From assembly GCA_036555275.1 (NCBI GenBank), contig DATBLR010000041.1:1711-65710 (forward strand): a stretch of 64,000 nucleotides of DNA, in the 5' to 3' direction. Shown one piece after another: positions 1 through 9,098 of the stretch; the stretch's first letter is position 1; each line of letters begins with the position of its first letter. A model generated the notes under the pieces. That model had not been told where the DNA came from. It was given only the letters and a program-made list of their open reading frames with translations, and did no database searches. This DNA is from Gemmatimonadales bacterium (GTDB taxonomy: Bacteria; Gemmatimonadota; Gemmatimonadetes; Gemmatimonadales; GWC2-71-9). Both the position numbers and the translations under genes were made by a program.

Positions 1-2226
1 CTGGGAATCTTCAGCGCACTGTGGTCGGAACACTGTTCCTACAAGCACTCGAGACCGGTGCTCAGGACCTTCCCCACCCAGGGCCCGCAGGTGGTCCAGG
101 GTCCGGGTGAGAATGCCGGCGTGCTGCGGCTGCCGCAGGGCTGGGCGGTGGCGTTCAAGATCGAGTCGCACAACCACCCTTCCGCCGTGGAGCCCTATCA
201 GGGCGCAGCGACCGGGGTGGGCGGGATCCTGCGGGACGTGTTCACCATGGGCGCCCGTCCGGTAGCGGTCCTCAACAGCCTCCGTTTCGGCCCGTTGGAT
301 CAGCCGCGCAACCGCTACCTGTTCGCCGGTGTGGTGAAGGGAGTGGGCGACTACGGCAACTGCGTGGGGGTGCCGACCCTGGGCGGCGAGGTGGACTTTG
401 CGCCCGGGTACAGCGGCAACCCGCTGGTGAACGCCATGTGTGTAGGGCTCCTCAAGGAGAAGGACCTCACCCTGGCCAGGGCGCACGGCGTGGGCAATGT
501 GCTGCTCGCCCTGGGCTCGCGCACCGGGCGGGACGGCATTCACGGGGCCAGCTTCGCGTCGGAGGATCTGTCCGAACAGAGCGAGGCCCGGCGGCCCCAG
601 GTGCAGGTCGGCGACCCCTTCACGGAAAAGCTGCTGCTCGAGGCCACCTTGGAGCTGATCGAGAAGCGGCTGGTGGTTGCCCTCCAGGACATGGGCGCCG
701 CCGGCCTCACCAGCTCGTCGGCGGAGATGGCCGCCCGCGGCGGCGTGGGGGTGGAGCTCGAGACCGACCTGGTGCCGGTGCGCGAGCCGGACATGACTCC
801 CTACGAGATCATGCTGAGCGAGTCGCAGGAGCGGATGCTAATCGTGGCGGAGCCGCAGCGGGTGCCGGACATCCAAGCGGTGTGCGCCAAGTGGGAGCTC
901 ACCGCAGTCCCGATCGGCCGGGTCACGGACGATGGCATGTACCGGATCCGGCACAACGGGGTGACGGTGGCCGAGATCCCCGGCCGACGGCTGATCGATG
1001 AGGTGCCGGTGTACGAGCCCGAGGCAACCGAGTCCGAGGAGGCCCGTGCGCGCCGGGCACAGAGGCCCGGCGCGACTCCTCCTAAAGCGGACCTCCAAGG
1101 CGCCCTCCAGCTCCTGCTCGACGAGCCGAGCATCGCCTCCAAGCGCTGGGTGTTCGAGCAGTACGACTCCACCGTGCAGGCCGCGACCCTGACGGGGCCA
1201 GGAGGCGATGCGGGTCTCCTCCGAGTGGCGGACACCGATTTTGGCCTCGCGGTCACGGTGGACTGCAACAGCCGGCTGGTCGCACTCGATCCCTATGAAG
1301 GCGGTAAGGCCGCCGTCGCCGAGGCGGCCCGCAACATCGCCTGCACCGGCGCGGTCCCGCTCGGCATCACCGATTGCCTCAATTTCGGCAACCCGGAGCG
1401 GCCCGAGATCTTCTTCCAGTTCAAGGAAGCCTGCCGGGGCATCGCCGATGCCTGCCGGGCCTTCAATACCCCGGTGACCGGCGGCAACGTCAGCCTGTAC
1501 AACGAGAGCCCGACCGGCGCGGTCGACCCTACCCCAACCATAGGAATGGTGGGCCTGCTCGAGAAACTCGCCCACCGGGTGCCCAGCCATTTCCAGCGGC
1601 CGGGAGACCGGATCGTCCTGCTCGGCGGCTCGGCAGCCCGGCGGCTGGGCGACCGAGCGCCCCTCGGGAGCGCGCCAGCGCGACCCGGGCGCGAGGGAGT
1701 TCCTCTGGGCGGCTCCGCGTATTGGGCGTATGTGAGGGATTTCGTCGGCGGGGAGCAGCCCCAGGTGGATCTCGCGGCGGAGCTGACCCTCCAGCGGGTC
1801 CTGGCGGAGGCAGCCCGGCGTGGGTTGTTGCGCTCGGCCCACGACTGCGCGAGCGGAGGCTTGGCGGTCGCACTGGCGGAGGCCGCCATTGGTGGCCCCT
1901 ACGCCACGGTCGCATACGGAGCGGAGGTGGAACTCGGCGGCTCCGCGGCTCGGCGGCCCGGCGCCTCGGCGCACGAGGATGAGGAAGCCCCGCTGCTCTA
2001 TGGAGAGGAGCACGGGCGGGCGGTGGTGTCGTGCGATCCGGCCAAGGAGGCAGCGCTCCTGGCCCTGGCCCTGGAGTTCCACCTGCCGGCCCAGTCGGTG
2101 GGCCACGTCGGCAAGGCCGGCGGGAACGTGGTGATCGCGACGACCGGGGGCCGGTATAGCTGGGTCAGCACCAGGCTGCGGGAGATTTATCTTTCAGCTA
2201 TCCCGCGGAGGATGGGGGCTGGCTAA
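1..2226 (+). CDS. purL: phosphoribosylformylglycinamidine synthase subunit PurL (5' end outside window)
   Basis: Frame 1 is open from base 1 ([22 protein letters not shown]) and runs into ORF 58..2226. Motifs [21 protein letters not shown] and DCLNFGNP are typical of PurL. Confidence 0.95.
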   Translation: MGIFSALWSEHCSYKHSRPVLRTFPTQGPQVVQGPGENAGVLRLPQGWAVAFKIESHNHPSAVEPYQGAATGVGGILRDVFTMGARPVAVLNSLRFGPLDQPRNRYLFAGVVKGVGDYGNCVGVPTLGGEVDFAPGYSGNPLVNAMCVGLLKEKDLTLARAHGVGNVLLALGSRTGRDGIHGASFASEDLSEQSEARRPQVQVGDPFTEKLLLEATLELIEKRLVVALQDMGAAGLTSSSAEMAARGGVGVELETDLVPVREPDMTPYEIMLSESQERMLIVAEPQRVPDIQAVCAKWELTAVPIGRVTDDGMYRIRHNGVTVAEIPGRRLIDEVPVYEPEATESEEARARRAQRPGATPPKADLQGALQLLLDEPSIASKRWVFEQYDSTVQAATLTGPGGDAGLLRVADTDFGLAVTVDCNSRLVALDPYEGGKAAVAEAARNIACTGAVPLGITDCLNFGNPERPEIFFQFKEACRGIADACRAFNTPVTGGNVSLYNESPTGAVDPTPTIGMVGLLEKLAHRVPSHFQRPGDRIVLLGGSAARRLGDRAPLGSAPARPGREGVPLGGSAYWAYVRDFVGGEQPQVDLAAELTLQRVLAEAARRGLLRSAHDCASGGLAVALAEAAIGGPYATVAYGAEVELGGSAARRPGASAHEDEEAPLLYGEEHGRAVVSCDPAKEAALLALALEFHLPAQSVGHVGKAGGNVVIATTGGRYSWVSTRLREIYLSAIPRRMGAG

Positions 2227-2322
2227 GCGTCCAGCGTACAGCGTTCAGCGTACAGCGCCCCTGCACGCTGCACCCTGTACGCCGAACACCCAACCCCGCA
2301 GGTTGGCTCAGGAGGTCGTACC

Positions 2323-3717
2323 ATGTGCGGGATCTTCGCCGTTTCCGGAGTTCCAGACGCGGCCCGGCTTACATATCTCGGGCTCTATGCCCTGCAGCAC
2401 CGGGGTCAGGAGTCGTCCGGGATCGTGACGGTTGACGAGCACGGCTACGCCCGGGCCCACCGGGGCATGGGGCTGGTCTCGGAGACCTTCGACGACGCCA
2501 CGCTCTCCCGCTTGATCGGCGACGTCGCCGTCGGCCACACCCGCTATTCGACGGCCGGCAGCTCGGTGCTGGAAAATGCCCAGCCGCTGCTCAAGGACCT
2601 GCGCGGCACCCCGATCACCATCGCGCACAACGGCAACCTCACCAATGCGCCGGCGCTCCGCCGGGAACTGGAGGACCAGGGGTCGCTGTTCGACACCACC
2701 ACCGACACCGAGGTGATGCTGCACCTGATCGCCCGCTCGCGAAAGCAGACGCCCGAGGAGCAGATCCGGGACGCGCTGGAGAAGTGCGAAGGGGCCTTCA
2801 CCCTGCTCATCAGCTACGGCCGGACCGTGTTCGCAGTGGTGGACTCGCGCGGGTTCCGACCGCTGGTGCTGGGCCGGCTCTCCGGGGGTGTGGTGGTGGC
2901 ATCGGAGACCTGTGCCCTGGACCTGGTGGGCGCGAACATGAGTTGCGAGCTGGTGCCGGGTCAGTTCCTCAAGATCGAGGAGGGTCACATCACCGAGCTG
3001 CCCCGGCTCCGCAGCCGTCCGGAGAGTCGCTGCGTATTCGAGCTGGTGTACTTCGCCCGCCCCGACAGCCGGGTCTTCGGCGAGTCGGTGGATCGAGTGC
3101 GCCGGGAGCTGGGCCGCGAGCTGGCCCGGGAGCATCCGGCGCCGGGCGCGGAGGTCGTGTTCAGCGTCCCGGACAGCTCCAACGCCATGGCGCTGGGATT
3201 CGCGGAAGCATCGGGGATCAAGCTGGAAAACGGCCTCATCCGGAATCACTATGTCGGCCGGACCTTCATTCATCCGACCCAGGCGCTCCGGGTCGCCAGA
3301 GTGAAGATCAAGTTCAACCCGGTCCGTGGGGTGATCGAGGGGAAGTCGGTGGTGATGGTGGACGACAGCCTCGTGCGGGGCACCACCAGCAAGGGCCTGG
3401 TCCAGATGATCCGGGCTGCGGGGGCGCGAGAAGTCCACCTGCGGCTGGGGAGTCCGCCGATCACCGGTCCGTGCCATTACGGCATCGATACGCCGACTCA
3501 TGAGGAGCTGATCGGCGCGACCCACTCGATCGACGAGATCAAGGACTACCTGGCAGTCGATTCGCTCGGGTACCTGTCCCTCGACGGCATGCTGCGGGCC
3601 GCCGGCGAACGGAGTCGATTCTGCCATGCCTGCTTCTCGGGTCGGTATCCGACCGAGATCTCGGGCGAGCTGGTGGCCCGCCGGTATGCAGCCCCTCCCC
3701 TCGCGACCTCGGCATGA
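2323..3717 (+). CDS. purF: amidophosphoribosyltransferase
   Basis: ORF 464 aa. MCGIF N-terminus (Ntn Cys), PRTase motif VVMVDDSLVRGTT, AGGAGG upstream, 4-nt overlap with the next gene. Confidence 0.95.
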   Translation: MCGIFAVSGVPDAARLTYLGLYALQHRGQESSGIVTVDEHGYARAHRGMGLVSETFDDATLSRLIGDVAVGHTRYSTAGSSVLENAQPLLKDLRGTPITIAHNGNLTNAPALRRELEDQGSLFDTTTDTEVMLHLIARSRKQTPEEQIRDALEKCEGAFTLLISYGRTVFAVVDSRGFRPLVLGRLSGGVVVASETCALDLVGANMSCELVPGQFLKIEEGHITELPRLRSRPESRCVFELVYFARPDSRVFGESVDRVRRELGRELAREHPAPGAEVVFSVPDSSNAMALGFAEASGIKLENGLIRNHYVGRTFIHPTQALRVARVKIKFNPVRGVIEGKSVVMVDDSLVRGTTSKGLVQMIRAAGAREVHLRLGSPPITGPCHYGIDTPTHEELIGATHSIDEIKDYLAVDSLGYLSLDGMLRAAGERSRFCHACFSGRYPTEISGELVARRYAAPPLATSA

Positions 3718-6380
3718 CCGGGACCTACAGCCAGCCGTCGGTCTACTTCTTCGGTCAGGGTCGTGCCGACGGCACGGCCACCATGAAAGACATCCTGGGC
3801 GGCAAGGGTGCCGGCCTGGCAGAGATGACCAACATCGGAATTCCGGTTCCGCCGGGGTTCACAATCTCCGCAAGTCTGTGCATCACCTACCTCGAGACCC
3901 GGCAGTTTCCACCCTGGCTCCGTTCCCAGGTCGAGACCAGCCTGCAGCGGCTGGAGGCGGCGACCAACCGGCACTTCGGCGGCAAGGACCGGCCGCTCCT
4001 GGTGTCGGTGCGCTCGGGTTCCGCCGTGTCGATGCCGGGAATGATGGACACCATCCTCAACCTGGGCCTGAACGACAAGACCGTGGAAGGCCTCACCGCG
4101 GAGACCAACAACCCGCAGTTTGCCTGGGACTCCTACCGCCGTTTCGTGCAGATGTACAGCACCGTGGTGCTGGACCTGCCCAAGTCGCCGTTCGAGCAGA
4201 TGCTGGAGAGGCGGAAGCACAAGGCCAAGGCCACCAGGGACATCGATCTTCCCGCCCCCGAGCTCAAGCTGCTGGTAAAGGACTTCAAAGCCCACGCCGA
4301 GAAGGAGACCGGCAAGCCTTTCCCCGAGGATCCCCTCGAGCAGCTGTGGGGCGCCATCGCCGCGGTGTTCGAGAGCTGGAATACCCGCCGCGCCATTGAT
4401 TATCGGAAGCTGCACAACATCCCCGACACGATGGGCACCGCGGTCAATGTCGTCACCATGGTGTTCGGCAACCTGGGCGAGGACTCGGGGACCGGCGTCG
4501 CCTTCACCCGCGACCCGTCCACGGGGGAGAAGCGGCTGTACGGGGAATACCTGCTCAATGCCCAGGGCGAAGACGTCGTCTCCGGCACCCGGAACGTGGG
4601 GGAGATCTCCCGTCTCAAGGAGGAAATGCCCGCGGCTTACGCGGAGCTCGACCGGATCTCCCGGCTGCTGGAGCGGCATTTCCGCGACGTGCAGGACATG
4701 GAGTTCACCATCGAGCGGGGCAAGCTGTACATGCTGCAGACCCGACGAGGCCAGCGGTCCGGCCATGCGGCGGTTCGGATCGCCTGCGAGATGGTGGACG
4801 AGGGGCTGATCGACGAGAACGAGGCGGTGGCCCGGATCCCGCCTAACGACCTGAACCAGCTGCTGCACCCTACCATCGATCCCGACAGCCAGGTGGACCT
4901 GCTAACCAGCGGTCTCCCCGCCTCACCGGGGGCAGCGTCGGGAGCGGCGGTGTTCGATGCCGACCTGGCCGAGCAGCTGTCCCGGAAGGGCGAAGCGGTG
5001 ATTCTGATCCGGCGAGAGACCAGCCCGGAAGATTTCCACGGCATGGTCGCCGCCAAGGGCATCCTGACGGCGCGGGGCGGCATGACCAGCCACGCCGCGG
5101 TGGTGGCCCGGGGCTTGGGCAAGCCCTGCGTCGCGAGCGCCCAGGCCCTGAACGTGGACGAGGAAAAGCACGACTTCTCGGTAAACGGGCGCGCGGTCAA
5201 GCAGGGAGAGTGGATCACCATCGATGGCGGCACCGGCCGGGTTTTCGCAGGGAAGGCTGTGCTCAAGGAACCGGAGTTGTCTGACTACTTCACCCGTCTG
5301 CTGCAATGGGCCGACAAGGTGCGCCACCTCCGGGTCCGGGTCAACGCCGATACCCCGGCGGACGCGCATCGCGCTCGGGACTTCGGCGCCGAAGGCATCG
5401 GGCTCTGCCGCACCGAGCATATGTTCTTCGAGGGCGACCGGCTCACCGCCATGCGGGAGATGATCCTGGCACAGGATGTGGAAGGAAGGAAAAAGGCGCT
5501 GGCTAAGCTGCTGCCGATGCAGCGCGGCGATTTCGAGGCGATTTTTCGCGCCATGGAAGGCTATCCGGTCACCATCCGCCTGCTCGACCCGCCGCTGCAC
5601 GAGTTCCTCCCCAAGGAGCGGGAAGAGATCGAGGAGATGGCCAGGGCACTGGGCACCCCGGTGGAGGAGGTCCAGCGGATCGTCGTCGGCATGCAGGAGG
5701 CCAACCCGATGCTCGGCCTCCGCGGCTGCCGGCTGGGCATCATCTACCCCGAGATCACCGCCATGCAGGCCCGGGCGATCTTCGAGGCCGCGTGCGCGGT
5801 GGCCCTCCGCAAGGGGCGGGTCCAGCCAGAGGTCATGACGCCGCTGGTGGCCAACGTGGTGGAGTTTCGCAAGCAGGCACTGATCGTGCGCCAGGTCGCG
5901 GAGGAGGTGTTCCGCGAAAAGCAGATCACCGTGCCCTACCTGCTCGGTACCATGATCGAGCTGCCCCGCGCGGCGCTCACCGCGGACGAGATCGCCCGGG
6001 AGGCGCAGTTCTTCTCCTTCGGCAGCAACGACCTGACCCAGACAACCTGGGGCCTCTCCCGGGACGATGCCGGCCGGTTCCTTCCCTATTATCTCGACCA
6101 GGGCATCGTCGAGGACGATCCCTTCCAGGTGCTGGACCAGCACGGTGTCGGCAAGCTCATCGAGATGGCCTGCCAGCTGGGCCGGAAGAGCCGGGCCGAT
6201 CTCAAGCTGGGCATCTGCGGCGAACATGGCGGTGAGCCGAAGTCGGTGGCCTTCTGCGACAGTCTGGGCATGAACTACGTCAGCTGCTCGCCGTTCCGGG
6301 TCCCGATCGCCCGCCTCGCCGCAGCCCAGTCGGCCCTGACCGAACGGGGAACGATGGATCGGACAAGGGCGACGGTGTAG
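3714..6380 (+). CDS. ppdK: pyruvate, phosphate dikinase
   Basis: ORF 888 aa. GGKGAGLAEM ATP-grasp start, phosphohistidine motif GGMTSHAAVVARG, C-terminal CRTEHMF and GICGEHGG PEP-utilizer motifs. Confidence 0.95.
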   Translation: MTGTYSQPSVYFFGQGRADGTATMKDILGGKGAGLAEMTNIGIPVPPGFTISASLCITYLETRQFPPWLRSQVETSLQRLEAATNRHFGGKDRPLLVSVRSGSAVSMPGMMDTILNLGLNDKTVEGLTAETNNPQFAWDSYRRFVQMYSTVVLDLPKSPFEQMLERRKHKAKATRDIDLPAPELKLLVKDFKAHAEKETGKPFPEDPLEQLWGAIAAVFESWNTRRAIDYRKLHNIPDTMGTAVNVVTMVFGNLGEDSGTGVAFTRDPSTGEKRLYGEYLLNAQGEDVVSGTRNVGEISRLKEEMPAAYAELDRISRLLERHFRDVQDMEFTIERGKLYMLQTRRGQRSGHAAVRIACEMVDEGLIDENEAVARIPPNDLNQLLHPTIDPDSQVDLLTSGLPASPGAASGAAVFDADLAEQLSRKGEAVILIRRETSPEDFHGMVAAKGILTARGGMTSHAAVVARGLGKPCVASAQALNVDEEKHDFSVNGRAVKQGEWITIDGGTGRVFAGKAVLKEPELSDYFTRLLQWADKVRHLRVRVNADTPADAHRARDFGAEGIGLCRTEHMFFEGDRLTAMREMILAQDVEGRKKALAKLLPMQRGDFEAIFRAMEGYPVTIRLLDPPLHEFLPKEREEIEEMARALGTPVEEVQRIVVGMQEANPMLGLRGCRLGIIYPEITAMQARAIFEAACAVALRKGRVQPEVMTPLVANVVEFRKQALIVRQVAEEVFREKQITVPYLLGTMIELPRAALTADEIAREAQFFSFGSNDLTQTTWGLSRDDAGRFLPYYLDQGIVEDDPFQVLDQHGVGKLIEMACQLGRKSRADLKLGICGEHGGEPKSVAFCDSLGMNYVSCSPFRVPIARLAAAQSALTERGTMDRTRATV

Positions 6381-6466
6381 CGGGCGGGCGGGTGGGCGGG
6401 TGGACGGGTGGACGGGTGGGCGGGACGGCGGGACGGCGGGACGGCGGGACAGCGGGACAGCGCGAC
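6381..6466 (+). repeat. G-tract tandem repeat (GGGCGGGC / GGGTGGAC / GGGACGGC / GGGACAGC units)
   Basis: Directly after the ppdK stop: cgggcgggcgggtgggcgggtggacgggtggacgggtgggcgggacggcgggacggcgggacggcgggacagcgggacagcg. More than 12 GGG runs separated by 1-5 nt. Confidence 0.8.
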
Positions 6467-6479
6467 GAGCGTGCCTCCT

Positions 6480-6582
6480 CATCCCGAGCGCAGCGAGGGA
6501 TCTACTCTCCGATTCTCGGAGCCCAGGGCGGGCACCCAGGACGGCGGAGTAGATCCCTCGGTCGCTTCGCTCTGTCGGGATG
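6480..6582. repeat. long imperfect inverted repeat (REP/MITE-like hairpin)
   Basis: Left arm catcccgagcgcagcgagggatctactc (6480-6507) pairs with right arm gagtagatccctcggtcgcttcgctctgtcgggatg (6547-6582). Confidence 0.7.
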
Positions 6583-6644
6583 ACGAGTGTCACTGACGAG
6601 GCAGGCCCTTCCCCGGCGACTGGAGGGTATCGGCGAAGATAGTG

Positions 6645-6989
6645 TCAGTTCCGCTGATCCAGCGGGTTTCGGCATCCCGAGCGAATGATCGGCATGTCCG
6701 GGGCGGCGGTGGCGGGGTTGGTCGTGTCTGGCTGCGCGGGGCGTGCGTCGCGCGGGGGTGTGCTCGGCGCTCCGGGAGAGGCGGGGCCTGGCTGGGGATT
6801 TCCGGGGCGTAACACCGGCATGGGGCAGACGGGGAGTGGGCGTGCCAGCGGCCGCTCACCGGTGTCGGCCCGAAGCCGGTCCCAGACCCGGAGCGGATCC
6901 CATTTCAGCTCCGCCGGGCTAGCCGGCGGCTGGGACCCACCGGGGGCGATGAGCAGAAGCAACGGGACGACAAGCGCCTTGGCCCGCAT
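6645..6989 (-). CDS. hypothetical secreted Pro-rich protein
   Basis: Last 114 codons of ORF 6645..7784, starting at ATG 6987-6989 with GAGGA 5 nt upstream. Signal-like MRAKALVVPLLLLIAPGG. No family recognised. Confidence 0.45.
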   Translation of the reverse strand: MRAKALVVPLLLLIAPGGSQPPASPAELKWDPLRVWDRLRADTGERPLARPLPVCPMPVLRPGNPQPGPASPGAPSTPPRDARPAQPDTTNPATAAPDMPIIRSGCRNPLDQRN

Positions 6990-7087
6990 CGGATCCTCGG
7001 GAGGGTGTTCCAGAGGAAGATGCGGGGGCCGGGGCCACCGTCGCGCCCAAGCTTGCCCGGACGCCGAGCCCCGGCGAAATACTCCTG

Positions 7088-7237
7088 CTACTTCTCCTTC
7101 TTGCCCTTGCGTTTGATATCGGCCCCGTGGGCCCGCTTGAACGTCTGGATATCGAGGAACCGGCCTTTGGCATCCCGGACAGCATAGAGCTTGGTGCCGG
7201 ACACACTGCGATGGGTGGTGCGGCGCTTGCCAGCCAT
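7088..7237 (-). CDS. small basic protein, 49 aa (below the ORF-track cutoff)
   Basis: My translation of the minus strand gives MAGKRRTTHRSVSGTKLYAVRDAKGRFLDIQTFKRAHGADIKRKGKKEK. GGAGG lies 5 nt upstream of the ATG at 7235-7237, stop at 7088-7090. Confidence 0.6.
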   Translation of the reverse strand: MAGKRRTTHRSVSGTKLYAVRDAKGRFLDIQTFKRAHGADIKRKGKKEK

Positions 7238-7339
7238 GAGGCCTCCGGTGGCATGGTGGGTGTAATTGGGAGAATAGGAGTGAAAATGGAGCCGGCTCGG
7301 CGAAAAGCAAGCAGAACCGGCATCGCCGGGCCGGTGCTG

Positions 7340-7649
7340 CTACCGCGTCATCTCGCTCTGGTGTTCCCTGCCCCGCCCGGCAACTTCGAGGGTGCACTCT
7401 CCATCTGTGTGATGCCACCCAAGCTCGTAGACCAGGTCTGCCAAGCAGCCCGCCTACGGCACTACAGCCCGGCTCGCCCGAGGCTTCAGCTTCCGCCACT
7501 CCTCCGCCACCCATTTGCTGGATGACGGCTACGATATTCACACCGCGCAGGGGTTGCTGGGGCACGGGGACGTCGGCACCACCATGATCTACACCCACGT
7601 GCTCAACCAGGGTGCGTTCGGGGTGCGGAGTCCGGCTCACTGGGTGTGA
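7340..7649 (+). pseudogene. intI: integron integrase (IntI) 3' remnant, 5'-truncated and frameshifted
   Basis: Frame ending at TGA 7647-7649 reads [52 protein letters not shown], matching the IntI C-terminal pattern [38 protein letters not shown]. An in-frame TAG sits at 7428. Upstream similarity ([18 protein letters not shown]) continues in another frame. No N-terminal two thirds is present. Confidence 0.8.
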
Positions 7650-7677
7650 ACCGGGCGAGTCGCCTAGATTGGGGGTC

Positions 7678-8295
7678 ATGGATCTGAGGTCCTTCACCGT
7701 CCAGGCGGAACTCAGGGATGGGACGCCTGTGGTGATTCGCGCGATACGTCCAGAGGACAAGGGCGCGCTCCGCTGGGGGTTCACCCGGCTGTCGCAGGAG
7801 GCGATCTATCAGCGGTTCTTTCAGGCCAAGCGCGAGTTAACCGACGACGAGCTCCACTACCTCACCGACGTGGATTTCCAGGATCACGTGGCGCTCGTCG
7901 TGGAGGCGGCGGTTGAGGGCACGGCCCGGATCATCGGCGTAGGCCGGATGGTGCGCCTCGCCCGGCGCGGAGCGCCGGACCGCGCGGAGGTCGCCTTCAC
8001 GGTGGGAGATCCGTTCCAGGGGCGCGGGGTGGCCACGCTGTTGCTCGAGCAGCTGGTTCGACTTGCGCCGGCGCTTGGGGTGCACGTCTTCGAGGCCGAG
8101 GTGTTGCCGCACAACCGGCAGATGCTGGAGGTCTTTGAACACAGTGGGCTGGGGATTACGGAGCGGGCGGGCGAGGGAGTGGTGCATGTCGAGCTCGCGC
8201 TACCTGGCTCGACCGTAGCTGGTGGGGTTCAGGAAGGACCCCGAGCGGGTGCGGGTGATGCGGGGGCTGGGGCTGGGGACGGCGGCGCGGGGTGA
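7678..8295 (+). CDS. GNAT family N-acetyltransferase
   Basis: ORF 7612..8295 trimmed to ATG 7678 (GGGGG upstream). FQGRGVATLLLEQL acetyl-CoA motif. Gly/Ala-rich tail. Confidence 0.8.
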   Translation: MDLRSFTVQAELRDGTPVVIRAIRPEDKGALRWGFTRLSQEAIYQRFFQAKRELTDDELHYLTDVDFQDHVALVVEAAVEGTARIIGVGRMVRLARRGAPDRAEVAFTVGDPFQGRGVATLLLEQLVRLAPALGVHVFEAEVLPHNRQMLEVFEHSGLGITERAGEGVVHVELALPGSTVAGGVQEGPRAGAGDAGAGAGDGGAG

Positions 8296-8586
8296 CGCTG
8301 GGCGGGAGCGGTGCGGGAGCTCCTGGGACCGGTGCGTCGCGGTCCGTGCGTCACAGTGGGAGGTGGCGGGGGCGGATCCAGGCCGGGCTGGGCAATGGAG
8401 GCGCAGGAGGAATACCGTAGTCGCCACTGTTGGCGCGTTCTTCTCACCCGATCCTCTACCGCTCCCAGCCGGCGGGAGCGTCCCCGCACGTTGTGCGTTT
8501 TATTACACTGCCGGCGAGCACTTGTTGCGCAGGAGAAGTCGGGGGTCTCGAGGGATTAGGGGGCCTTATGAGCCGTTGCGAATATC

Positions 8587-8638
8587 GGTGCGAGGTGCGG
8601 GTGCTTGCGGGTGTGGCAAGGCGCAGTACTAGTTAGGC
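8587..8638 (+). other. candidate attI: GGTGCG-type direct repeats plus core GTTAGGC
   Basis: ggtgcgaggtgcgggtgcttgcgggtgtgg (8587-8616) is followed by GTTAGGC at 8632-8638. No matching RYYYAAC partner or palindrome lies upstream, unlike the downstream attC sites. Confidence 0.4.
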
Positions 8639-8667
8639 AGCGGGCCCCGCTCACCCCCACGTAGCGT

Positions 8668-8976
8668 TTGCGAAGAGTCACGTCAGGAACCGCCGTTTGC
8701 GCCCTTTGCCGCCAGGTCGTTCGGCCTGACGATGATGTCGTCATAACGCCCGACTTCCTAGCCGATCACACCGACCCACTCTGGCGCTACACCGACGCTG
8801 TTGTGCACCGCCCCTGCTTCCTGGTTTGGGATCAGCGCAAGATATTTATCGCCCGCTACAACCGCGTTGCGCGTCGCATGGTGGCCGAGGACGGCTCCTA
8901 CCCCCAGATGACCGGGGAGGGCGCGATTGTGCAGCGTCGCGGTGGTCGTGGGTCCCGGCGGGGCCCCGCTGCCTAA
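8668..8976 (+). CDS. hypothetical protein (cassette ORF)
   Basis: ORF 102 aa with TTG start. Its TAA stop lies inside the GCCTAAC heptamer of the following attC. Confidence 0.55.
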   Translation: MRRVTSGTAVCALCRQVVRPDDDVVITPDFLADHTDPLWRYTDAVVHRPCFLVWDQRKIFIARYNRVARRMVAEDGSYPQMTGEGAIVQRRGGRGSRRGPAA

Positions 8977-9093
8977 CCGCGCATGCACCAGCCAGGGCGC
9001 GGCCGTCGGTTCTCGACGGTCTGGCCCTACCAGGTGTCGTCCGGTAGGTTCCCAGTCCTAGCCGCGGCCCGCAGGTGATGCGCGGTCGCTAGC
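8971..9093 (+). repeat. integron attC site, family 1
   Basis: 5' GCCTAACCGCGCATGCACCAGCCAGGGCGCGGCCGTCGG ... 3' CCGCAGGTGATGCGCGGTCGCTAGC. The arms are complementary; the last heptamer is degenerate. Confidence 0.75.
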
Positions 9094-9098
9094 TGGCG

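Noticed and set aside
838-6593. Long antisense ORFs (838..2106, 2308..3627, 3546..4868 and 4923..6593 on the minus strand, and several + strand off-frame ORFs).
   Set aside because: They lie entirely within purL, purF and ppdK, which have unambiguous family motifs. They are Arg/Pro/Gly-rich shadow ORFs typical of GC-rich DNA.
6392-6596. ORFs translating the G-tract repeat (GGRVGGTAGRRDGGTAGQRD...).
   Set aside because: They are a product of the tandem repeat and the hairpin. No start context or coding periodicity beyond the repeat itself.
6645-7784. 379-aa minus-strand ORF as a single gene.
   Set aside because: Only the last 114 codons have a start, an RBS and a signal peptide. The upstream part overlaps the 49-aa gene region and the intI remnant on the other strand, and it is low-complexity.
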